A program made the translations under genes and the position numbers. A DNA stretch of 64,000 nt. It comes from Eledone cirrhosa. Its lineage: Eukaryota. The notes beneath the pieces are model-generated. The model was not told the origin of the DNA and ran no database searches. It was given only the letters and a program-made list of their open reading frames with translations. Within the stretch, counting starts at the first letter, position 1. The number at the start of each line of letters is the position of its first letter. The DNA lies in the NCBI GenBank assembly GCA_964016885.1, contig OZ024742.1, forward strand, positions 9,548,001 to 9,612,000, in the 5' to 3' direction. Of the stretch, positions 51,301 to 64,000 are shown in pieces.

Positions 51301-54300
51301 TCTGTTCTATGAATGAGGTAAATGAAGGAGTTATTTTATATCTTATCTGTTATATGAATGAGGTAAATGAAGGTGTTATGTTCAATCTTATCTGTCATAT
51401 GAATGAGGTAAATGAAGGAGTTATGTTATATTTTATCTGTTATATGAATGAGGGAAATGAAGAAGTTATGTTATATCTGTTATATGAATGAGGTAAATGA
51501 AGGAGTTATTTTATATCTTATCTGTTATATGAATGAAGTAAATGAAGGAGTTATGTTAGATCTTATATGTTATATGAATGAGGTAAATGCAGGAGTTATG
51601 ATACATCTGTTATATGAATGAGGTAAATGAAGGAGTTATTTTATATGTTATCTGTTATATGAATGAGGTAAATGAAGGAGTTATGTTATATTTGTTATAC
51701 GAATGAGGTAAATGAAGGAGCTATTTCATATCTTATCTGTTATATGAATGAGGGAAATGAAGGAGTTATGTTATTTCTTATCTGTTATATGAATGAGGTA
51801 AATGAAGGATTTATGTTATATCTGTTATATGAATGAGGTATATGAAGGAGATAAGTTATATCTCATCTGTTATATGAATGAGCTAAATGAAGGAGTTATG
51901 TTATATCTTATCTGTTATATGAACGAGGTAAATGAAGGAGTTATGTTTATATCTTATCTGTTTTATGAATGAGGTAAATGAAGGAGTTATGTTACATTTT
52001 ATCTGTTATATGAATGAGGTAAATGAATGAGTTATGTTATATCTGTTATATGAATGATGCAAATGAAGGAATTATTTCATAACGTATCTGCTATATGAAT
52101 GATGCAAATGAAGGAGTTATTTCATATGTTATATGTTATATGAATGCGGTAAATGAAGGAGTTATTTTATATATTATATGTTATATGAATGAGGGAAATG
52201 AAGGAGTCATGTTATATCTTATCTGTTATATGAATGAGGTAAATGAAGGACATATGTTATATCTTATCTGTTATATGAATGAGGTAAATGAAGGAGTTAT
52301 GTTATATCTTATCTGTTATATGAATGAGGTAAATGAAGGAGTTATGTTATACCTTATCTGTTATATGAATGAGGTAAATGAAGAAGTTGTGTTATATCTT
52401 ATCTGTTATATGAATGAGGTAAATGAAGGAGTCATGTTATATCTTATCTGTTATATGAATGAGGTAAATGAAGGACATATGTTATATCTTATCTGTTATA
52501 TGAATGAGGTAAATGAAGGAGTTATGTTATATCTTATCTGTTATATGAATGAGGTAAATGAAGGAGTTATTTTATATCTTATCTGTTATACGAATGAGGT
52601 AAATGCAAGAGTTATGTCATATCTTATCTCTTATATCAATGAGGTAAATGAAGGAGCCATTTCATATCTTATCTGTTATATGAATGAGGCAAATGAAGGA
52701 TTTGTTCATATCTTATCTGTTATATGAATGATGTAAATGAAGGAGTTATGATAAATCTGTTATATGAATGAGGTAAATGAAGGAGTTATTTTATATCTTA
52801 TCTGTTATATGAATGAGGTAAATGAAGGAGTTATGTTACATTTTATCTGTTATGTGAATGAAGTAAATGAATGAGTTATGTTATATCTGTTATATGAATG
52901 AGGCAAATGAAGGAGTTACGTTATATCTTATCTGTCATATGAATGAGGTAAATGAAGGAGTTATTTCATAATTTATTTGTTATATGAATGAGGTAAATGA
53001 AGGAGTTATGTTATATATTATCTGTTATATGAATGAGGTAAATGACGGAGTTATTTCATATCTTATCTGTTATATGAATGAGGTAAATGAAGGAGTTATA
53101 TTATATCTTATCTCTTATATGAATGAGGTAAATGAAGGAGTTATTTCACATCTTATCTGTTATATGAATGAGGTAAATAAAGGAGTTATGTTATATCTTG
53201 TCTGTTATATGAATGAGGTAAATGAAGGATTTGTTCATATCTTATCTGTTATATGAATGATGTAAATGAAGGAGTTATGATAAATCTGTTATATAAATGA
53301 GGTAAATGAAGGAGTTATTGTATATCTTATCTATTATATGAATGAGGTAAATGAAGGAGTTTTTTTATATTTGTTATAAGAATGAGGTAAATGAAGGAGT
53401 TATTTCATATCTTATCTGTTATATGAATGAGGTAAATGAAGGAGTTATGTTATATTTGTCATATGAATCAGGCAAATGAAGGAGTTATTTCATATCTTAT
53501 ATGTTATATGAATGAGGCAAATGAAGGAGTTATTTTATATATTATATGTTATATGTATGAGGTAAATGAAGGAGTTATGTTATATATTATCTGTTATATG
53601 AATGAGGGAAATGAAGAAGTTATGTTATATCTTATCTGTTATATGAATGAGGTAAATGAAGGAGTTATGTTATATCGTATCTGTTATATGAATGAGGCAA
53701 ATGAATGAGTTATTTCATATCTTATATGTTATATGAATGCGGTAAATGAAGTAGTTATTTTATATATTATATGTTATATGAATGAGGTAAATAAAGAAGT
53801 TATGTTATATCTTATCTGTTATATGAATGAGGTAAATGAAGGAGTTATGTTATATCTTATCTGTTATATGAATGAGTTAAATAAAAGAGTTATGTTATAT
53901 CTTCTATGTTATATAAATGAGGTAAATGAAGGATTTATGTTATATTTTATCTGTTAAATGAATGAGGCAAATGAAGGAGTCATGTTATATCTTATCTGTT
54001 ATATGAATGAGGTAAATGAAGGAGATATGTTATATCTTATCTGTTATATGAATGAGGTAAATGAAGGAGTTATGTTATTTCTTATCTGTTATACGAATGA
54101 GGTAAATGAAGGAGTTATGTTATACCTTATCTGTTATATGAATGAGGTAAATGAAGAAGTTGTGTTATATCTTATCTGTTATATGAATGAGGTAAATGAA
54201 GGAGTTATGTTATATCTGTTATATGATTGAGGTAAATGAAGGAGTTATTTCACATCGTATCTGTTATATGAATGAGGCAAATGAAGGAGTTATTTCATAT

Positions 54301-57300
54301 CTTATCTGTTATATGAATGTGGTAAATGTAGGAGTTATTTTATATCTTATCTCTTATATGAATGAGGTAAATGAAGGAGTTATTTCACATCTTATCTGTT
54401 ATATGAATGAGGTAAATAAAGGAGTTATGTTATATCTTATCTGTTATATGAATGAGGTAAATGAAGGATTTGTTCATATCTTATCTGTTATATGAATGAT
54501 GTAAATGAAGGAGTTATTTTATATCTTATCTGTTATATGAATGAGGTAAATGAAGGAGTTATGTAATATCTTATCTGTTATATGAATGAGGTAACTGAAG
54601 GAGGTATGTTATACCTTATCTGTTATATGAATGATGTAAATGAAGAAGTTGTGTTATATCTTATCTGTTATATCAATGAGGTAAATGAAGGAGTTATATC
54701 TTATCTGTTATATGAATGAGGTAAATGAAGGAGTTATATTTATATCTTATCTGTTTTATGAATGAGGTAAATGAAGGAGTTATGTTACATTTTATCTATT
54801 ATATGAATGAGGTAAATGAAGGAGTTATGTTATATCTTATCTGTTATATGAATGAGGTAAATGAAGGAGTTATGTTATATCTTATCTGTGATATGAATGA
54901 GGTAAATGAAGGAGTTATTTCATAACTTATCTGTTATATGAATGAGGTAACTGAAGGAGTTATGTTATATATTGTATGTTATATGAATGAGGTAAATAAA
55001 GGAGTTATGTTATATGTTAGCTGTTATATGAATGAGGTAAATGAAGGATTTTTTCATATCTTCTCTGTTATATGAATGATGTAAATGAAGGATTTTTTCA
55101 TAACTTATCTGTTATATGAATGAGGTAAATGCAGGAGTTATGATACATCTGTTATATGAATGAGGTAAATGAAGGAGTTATGTTATATTTTTTATATGAA
55201 TGAGGTAAATGAAGGAGTTATTTCATATCTTATCTGTTATATGAATGAGGGAAATGAAGGAGTTATGTTATCTCTTATCTGTTATATGAATGAGGTAAAT
55301 GAAGGATTTATGTTATATCTGTTATATGAATGAGGTATATGAAGGAGATATGTTTTATCTTATCTGTTATATGAATGAGGTAAATGAAGGAGATATGTTA
55401 CATCTTATCTGTTATATGAATGCTGTAAATAAAGGAGTTATGTTATATCTTATCTGTTATATGAACGAGGTAAATGAAGGAGTTATGTTTATATCTTATC
55501 TGTTTTATGAATGAGGTAAATGAAGGAGTTATGTTACATTTTATCTGTTATATGAATGAGGTAAATGAATGAGTTATGTTATATCTGTTATATGAATGAG
55601 GCAAATGAAGGAATTATTTCATAACTTATCTGTTATATGAATGAGGTAAATGAAGGAGTTATGTTATATATTATCCGTTATATGAATGAGGTAAATGAAG
55701 GAGTTATTTCATATCTTATCTGTTATATGAATGCGGTAAATGAAGGAGTTATGTTATATCTTATCTCTTATATGAATGAGGTAAATGAAGGAGTTATTTC
55801 ACATCTTATCTGTTATATGAATGAGGTAAATAAAGGAGTTAGGTTATATCTAATCTGTTATATGAATGAGGTAAATGAAGGATTTGTTCATATCTTATCT
55901 GTTATATGAATGAGGTAAATGAAGGATTTGTTCATATCTTATCTGTTATATGAATGATGTAAATGAATGAGTTATGATAATTCTGTTATATAAATGAGGT
56001 AAATGAAGGAGTTATTTTATATCTTATCTGTTATATGAATGAAATAAATGAAGGAGTTATTGTATATCTTATCTATTATATGAATGAGGTAAATGAAGGA
56101 GTTATTTCATATCTTATCTGTTATATGAATGAGGTATATGAAGGAGTTATGTTATATTTGTCATATGAATGAGGCAAATGAAGGAGTTATTTAATATCTT
56201 ATATGTTATATGAATGCGGTAAATGAAGGAGTTATTTTATATATTATATGTTATATGAATGAGGTAAATGAAGTAGTTATGTTATATATTATCTGTTATA
56301 TAAATGAGGGAAATGAAGGAGTCATGTTATATATTATCTGTTAAATCAATGAGGGAAATGAAGGAGTCATGTTATATCTTATCTGTTATATGAATGAGGT
56401 AAATGAAGGAGATATGTTATATCTTATCTGTTATATGAATGAGGTAAATGAAGGAGTTATGTTATATCTTATCTGTTATATGAATGAGGTAAATGAAGGA
56501 GTTATGTTATACCTTATCTGTTATATGAATGAGGTAAATGCAGAAGTTGTGTTATATCTTATCTGTTATATGAATGAGGTAAATGAAGGAGTTATGTTAT
56601 ATCTGTTATATGAATGAGGTAAATGAAGGAGTTATTTCATATCTTATATGTTATATGAATGCAGTAAATGAAGGAGTTATTTTATATATTATATGTTATA
56701 TGAATGAGGTAAATGAAGGAGTTATGTTATATATTATCTGTTATATGAATGAGGGAAATGAAGAAGTTATGTTATATCTTATATGTAATATGAATGAGGT
56801 AAATGAAGGAGTTATGTTATATCTTATCTGTTATATGAATGAGTTAAATGAAGGAGTTATGTTATATCTTCTATGTTATATAAATGAGGTAAATGAAGGA
56901 GTTTTGTTATATTTTATCTGTTAAATGAATGAGGGAAATGAAGCAGTCATGTTATATCTCATCTGTTATATGAATGCTGTAAATAAAGGAGTTATGTTAT
57001 ATCTTATCTGTTATGTGAACGAGGTAAATGAAGGAGTTATGTTTATATCTTATCTGTTTTATGAATGAGGTAAATGAAGGAGTTATGTTACATTTTATCT
57101 GTTATATGAATGAGGTAAATGAATGAGTTATGTTATATCTGTTATATGAATGAGGCAAGTGAAGGAATTATTTCATAACTTATCTGTTATATGAATGAGG
57201 TAAATAAAGGAGTTATGTTATATATTATCTGTTATATGAATGAAGTAAATGAAGGAGTTATTTCATATCTTATCTGTTATATGAATGTGGTAAATGAAGG

Positions 57301-60300
57301 AGTTATGTTATATCTTATCTCTTATATGAATGAGGTAAATGAAGGATTTGTTCATATCTTATCTGTTATATGAATGATGTAAATGAAGGAGTTATTTTAT
57401 ATCTTATCTGTTATATGAATGAAATTAATGAAGGAGTTATTGTATATCTTATCTATTATATGAATGAGGTAAATGAAGGAGTTTTTTATATTTGTTATAT
57501 GAATGAGGTAAATGAAGGAGTTATTTCATATCTTATCTGTTATATGAATGTGGTAAATGAAGGAGTTATGTTATATCTTATCTGTTATATGAAAGAGGTA
57601 AATGAAGGAGTTATTTCATATCTTGTATGTTATATGAATGAGGTAAATGAAGGATTTTTTCATATCTTCTCTGTTATATGAATGATGTAAATGAAGGATT
57701 TTTTCATAACTTATCTGTTATATGAATGAGGTAAATGAAGGAGTTATGTTATATATTATCTGTTATATGAATGAGATAAATGAAGGAGTTATTTCATATC
57801 TTATCTGTTATATGAATGTGTTAAATGAAGGAGTTATGTCATATCTTATCTCTTATATGAATGAGGTAAATGAAGGAGTTATTTCACATCTTATCTGTTA
57901 TATGAATGAGGTAAATAAAGGAGTTATGTTATATCTTATCTGTTATATGAATGAGGTAAATGAAGGATTTGTTCATATCTTATCTGTTATATGAATGATG
58001 TAAATGAAGGAGTTATGATAATTCTGTTATATAAATGAGGTAAATGAAGAAGTTATTTTATATCTTATCTGTTATATGAATGAGGTAAATGAAGTAGTTT
58101 TTTATATTTGTTATATGAATGAGGTAAATGAAGGAGTTATTTCATATCTTATCTGTTATATGAATGAGGTAAATGAAGGAGTTATGTTATATTTGTCATA
58201 TGAATGAGGCAAATGAAGGATTTATTTCATATCTTATATGTTATATGAATGCGGTAAATGAAGGAGTTATTTTATATATTATATGTTATATGAATGAGGT
58301 AAATGAAGTAGTTATGTTATATATTATCTGTTATATGAATGAAGGAAATGAAGGAGTTATGTTATATATTATCTGTTAAATGAATGAGGTAAATGAAGGA
58401 GTTATGTTATATCTCATCTGTTATATGAATGAGGTAAATGAAGGAGTTATGTTATACCTTATCTGTTATATGAATGAGGTAAATGAAGAAGTTGTGTTAT
58501 ATCTTATCTGTTATATGAATGAGGTAAATGAAGGAGTTATGTTATATCTGTTATATGAATTAGGTAAATGAAGGAGTTATTTCATATCGTATCTGTTATA
58601 TGAATGAGGCAAATGAAGGAGTTATTTCATATCTTATATGTTATATGAATGCAGTAAATGAAGGAGTTATTTTATATATTATATGTTAGATGAATGAGGT
58701 AAATGAAGGAGTTATGTTATATCTTATATATTATATGAATGAGGTAAATGAAGGAGTTATGTTATATCTTATCTGTTATATGAATGAGTTAAATGAAGAA
58801 GTTATGTTATATCTTATCTGTTATATGAATGAGGTAAATGAAGGAGATATGTTATATCTTATCTGTTATATGAATGAGGTAAATGAAGGAGTTATGTTAT
58901 ATCTTATCTGTTATATGAATGAGGTAAATGAAGGAGTTATGTTATACCCTATCTGTTATATGAATGAGGTAAATGAAGAAGTTGTGTTATATCTTATCTG
59001 TTATATGAATGTGGTGAATGAAGGAGTTATTTCATATCTGTTATATGAATGAGGTAAATGAAGGATTTATTTCATATCTTATCTGTTATAAGAATGAGGT
59101 AAATGAAGGGGTTATGTTTATATCTTATTTGTTTTATGAATGAGGTAAATGAAGGAGTTATGTTACATTTTATCTGTTATATGAATGAGGTAAATGAAGG
59201 AGTTATGTCATGTCTTATCTGTTATATGAATGAAGTAAATGAAGGAGGGATTTTATATCTTATCTGTTATATGAATGAGGTAAATGAAGGTGTTATAATA
59301 TATACTATCTGTTATATGAATGAAGTAAATGAAGGAGTTATGTTATATCTTATCTCTTATATGAATGAGGTAAATGAAGGAGTTATTTCATATCTTATCT
59401 GTTATATGAATGTGGTAAATGAAGGAGTTATGTTACATCTTATCTGTTAAATGAATGATGTAAATGAAGGAGTTATGATAAATCTGTTATATAAATGAGG
59501 TAAATGAAGGAGTTATTTTATATCTTATATGTTATATGAATGAAATAAATGAAGGAGTTATTGTATATCTTATCTATTATATGAATGAGGTAAATGAAGG
59601 AGTTATTTTATATTTGTTATATGAATGAGGTAAATGAAGGAGTTATTTCATATCTTATCTGTTATAGGAATGAGGTAAATGAAGGAGTTATTTTATATAT
59701 TATATGTTATATGAATGAGGTAAATGAAGGAGTTATGTTATATCTTATCTGTTATATGAATGAGGTAAATGAAGGAGTTATGTTATATCTTATCTGTTAT
59801 ATGAATGAGTTAAATGAAGGCGTTATGTTATATCTTCTATGTTATATAAATGAGGTAAATGAAGGAGTTATGTTATATTGTATCTGTTAAATGAATGAGG
59901 GAAATGAAGGAGTCATGTTATATCTTATCTGTTATATGAATGAGGTAAATGAAGGAGATATGTTATATCTTATCTGTTATATGAATGAGATAAATGAAGG
60001 AGTTATGTTATATCTTATCTTTTATATGAATGTGGTAAATGAAGGAGTTATGTTATTCCTTATTTTTTATATGAATGAGGTAAATGAAGAAGTCGTGTTA
60101 TATTTTATCTGTTACATGAATGAGGTAAATGAAAGAGTTATGTTATATCTGTTATATGAATGAGGTAAATGAAGGAGTTACGTTACAGATTATCTGTTAT
60201 ATGAATGAGGTAAATGAAGGAGTTATGTTGTCTCTGTTATATGAATGAGGTAAATAAAGTAGTTATGTTATATCTTATCTGTTATATGAATGAGGTAAAC

Positions 60301-63300
60301 GAAGGATTTTTTCATATCTTATCTGTCATATGAATGATGTAAATGAAGGAGTTATTTTATATCTTATCTGTTATATGATGAAATAAATGAAGAAGTTATT
60401 TTATATCTTATCTATTATATGTATGAGGTAAATGAAGTAGTTATTTTATGTTTGTTATATGTATGAGGTAAATGAAGGAGTTATTTCATATCTTATCTGT
60501 TATATGAATGGGGTAAATGAAGGAGTTTTGTTGTATTTCTCATATGAATGAGCAAATGAAGGAGTTATTTCATATCTTATATGTTATATGAATGAGGTAA
60601 ATGAAAGAGTTATGTTATATCTTATATGTTATATGAATGAGGTAAATGAAGGAGTTATATCTTATCTGTTATATGAATGAGGTAAATGAAGGAGTTATGT
60701 TATATCTTATATGTATTACGAATGAGGTAAATGAAGGAGTTATGTTATATCTTATGTGTTATATGAATGAGGTAAATGACGGAGTTATGTTATATCTTAT
60801 CTGTTATATGAATGAGGTAAATGAAGGAGTTATGTTATATCTGTTATATAAATGATGTAAATGAAGGAGTTATGATAAATCTGTTATATGAATGAGGTAA
60901 ATGAAGGAGTTATTTTATATCTTATCTGTTATCTGAATTAAATAAATGTAGGAGTTATTTCATATTTGTTATACGAATGAGGTAAATGAAGGAGTTATGT
61001 TATATCTTATATGTTATATGAATGAGGTAAATGAAGGAGTTATGTTATATCTTATCTGTTATATGAATGGGGTAAATGAAGGAATTATGTTATATCTTAT
61101 CTGTTCTATGAATGAGGTAAATGAGGGAGTTATGTTATACCTTATCTGTTATATGAATGAGGTAAATGAAGGAGTTATGTTATATCTTATCTGTTATATG
61201 AATGGGGTAAATGAAGGAGTTATGTTATATCTTATCTGTTAGATGAATGAGGTAAACGAAGGAGTTATGTTATATCTGTTATATGAATGAGGCAAATGAA
61301 GGAGTTATTTCATATCATATCTGTTATATGAATGAGGTAAATGAAGGAGTTATTTTATATATTATCTGTTATATGAATGACGTAAATGAAGGAGTTATGT
61401 CATATCTTATCTGTTATATGAATGAAGTAAAGGAAGGATTTATGTTATAACTTATCTGTTATATGAATGAGGTAAATGAAGGAGTTATGTTATATTTTAT
61501 CTCTTATATGATTGGGGGAAATGAAGGAGTTATGTTATATCTTATCTGTTACATGAATGAGGTAAATGAAGGAGTTATGTTATATCTTATCTGTTATATG
61601 AATGAGGTAAATGAAGGAGTTATGTTATATTTTATCTGTTAAATGAATGAGGGAAATGAAGGAGTCATGTTATATCTTCTCTGTTATATGAATGAGGTAA
61701 ATGAAGGAGTTATGTTATATCTTATCTGTTATATGAATGAGGTAAATGAAGGAGTTATGTTATACCTTATCTGTTATATGAATGAAGTAAATCAAGGAGT
61801 TATGTTAAATCTTATCTGTTATATGAATGATGTAAATGACGGAGTTATTTCATATCTTATCTGTTTTATGAATGAGGTAAATGAAGGAGTTATGTTATAT
61901 TTTATCTGTTATGTGAATGAGGTAAATGAAAGAGTTATGTTATATGTTATCTGTTATATGAATGAGGTAAATGAAGGAGTTATGTTATATCTTATATGTT
62001 ATATGAATGAGGTAAATGAAGGAGTTATGTTATATCTTATCTGTTATATGAATGGGGTAAATGAAGGAATTATGTTATATCTTATCTGTTCTATGAATGA
62101 GGTAAATGAGGGAGTTATGTTATACCTTATCTGTTATATGAATGAGGTAAATGAAGGAGTTATGTCATATCTTATCTGTTATATGAATGAAGTAAAGGAA
62201 GGATTTATGTTATATCCTATCTGTTATATGAATGAGGTAAATGAAGGAGTTATTTTATATCTGTTATATAAATGATGTAAATGAAGGAGTTATGATAAAT
62301 CTGTTATATGAATGAGGTATATGAAGGAGTTATTTTATATCTTATCTGTTATCTGAATTAAATAAATGTAGGAGTTATTTCATATTTGTTATACGAATGA
62401 GGTAAATGAGGGAGATATGTTATACCTTATCTGTTATATGAATGAGGTAAATGAAGGAGTTGTGTTATATCTTATCTGTTATATGAATGGGGTAAATGAA
62501 GGAGTTATGTTATATCTTATCTGTTAGATGAATGAGGTAAACGAAGGAGTTATGTTATATCTGTTATATGAATGAGGCAAATGAAGGAGTTATTTCATAT
62601 CATATCTGTTATATGAATGAGGTAAATGAAGGAGTTATTTTATATATTATCTGTTATATGAATGACGTAAATGAAGGAGTTATGTCATATCTTATCTGTT
62701 ATATGAATGAAGTAAAGGAAGGATTTATGTTATAACTTATCTGTTATATGAATGAGGTAAATGAAGGAGTTATGTTATATTTTATCTCTTATATGATTGG
62801 GGGAAATGAAGGAGTTATGTTATATCTTATCTGTTACATGAATGAGGTAAATGAAGGAGTTATGTTATATCTTATCTGTTATATGAATGAGGTAAATGAA
62901 GGAGTTATGTTATATTTTATCTGTTAAATGAATGAGGGAAATGAAGGCGTCATGTTATATCTTCTCTGTTATATGAATGAGGTAAATGAAGGAGTTATGT
63001 TATATCTTATCTGTTATATGAATGAGGTAAATGAAGGTGTTATGTTATACCTTATCTGTTATATGAATGAAGTAAATCAAGGAGTTATGTTAAATCTTAT
63101 CTGTTATATGAATGATGTAAATGACGGAGTTATTTCATATCTTATCTGTTTTATGAATGAGGTAAATGAAGGAGTTATGTTATATTTTATCTGTTATGTG
63201 AATGAGGTAAATGAAAGAGTTATGTTATATCTTATCTGTTATATGAATGAGGTAAATAAAGGAGTTATGTTAGATCTGTTATAAGAATGAGGTAAATGAA

Positions 63301-64000
63301 GGAGATATTTCATATCGTATCTGTTATATGAATGAGGTAAATGAAGGGGTTATGTTATATCTTATCTGATATATGAATGAGGTAAATGAAGAGGTTATGT
63401 TATATCATATCTGTTATATGAATGAGGTAAATGAAGAAGTTATGTTATATCTTATCTGTTATATGAATGAGGTAAATGGCGGAGTTATGTTATACCTTAT
63501 CTGTTAAATGAATGAGGTAAATGAAGGAGTTATGTTTTATCTTATCTGTTATATGAATGATGTAAATGACGGAGTTATTTCATATCTTATCTGTTTTATG
63601 AATGAGGTAAATGAAGGAGTTATGTTATATCTTATCTGTTATACGAATGAGGTAAATGAAGGAGTTATTTCATATCTTATCTGTTTTATGAATGAGGTAA
63701 ATGAAGGAATTATGTTATATTTTATCTGTTATGTGAATGAGTTAAATGAAAGAGTTATGTTATATCTTATCTGTTATATGAATGAGGTAAATGAAGGAGT
63801 TATGTTATATCTTATATGTTATATGAATGAGGGAAATGAAGGAGTTATGTTATATCTTATCTGTTATATGAATGAGTTAAATGAAGGAGTTATGTTATAT
63901 CTTATCTGTTCTATGAATGAGGTAAATGAAGGAGTTATGTTACATCTTATCTGTTATATGAATAATGTAAATGGAGGAGTTACGTTATATCTTATCTGTT
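48325..64000. repeat. 45-bp satellite (ATGAATGAGGTAAATGAAGGAGTTATGTTATATCTTATCTGTTAT) with interspersed 40-bp deletion monomers; runs off the right edge
   Basis: Continuous periodicity. The MNEVNEGVMLYLICY ORFs are the 45-bp unit translated, and frames break at the 40-bp monomers. Confidence 0.98.

Noticed and set aside
48424-63284. MNEVNEGVMLYLICY repeat ORFs
   Set aside because: Satellite translation; frequent 5-bp deletions and stops show no frame preservation.

Overview
Repeat-dominated, AT-rich animal genomic DNA with no recognisable host protein-coding gene. The tRNA-derived SINE and the density of (TA)n/(CA)n suggest an octopod cephalopod (inference). A 25-bp satellite (1-10545) and a 45/40-bp satellite (about 48325-64000) bracket a 38-kb block of retroelements. 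That block holds two nearly complete Penelope-like elements (PLEs; RT plus C-terminal GIY-YIG), further PLE fragments, a 5'-truncated L1/Tx1 LINE, a near-intact RTE LINE with three C2H2 fingers, a CR1-type 3' fragment, an R4/Dong 3' end and several SINEs. The strongest signal outside the ORF track is a dense set of type I hammerhead ribozyme (HHR) motifs. I read about 10 with canonical cores and about 9 variant or decayed ones, from several unrelated sequence families. Many lie in fold-back palindromes or in 360-530 bp partially duplicated units next to (TA)n. All structures were paired by eye; nothing was computed or searched.
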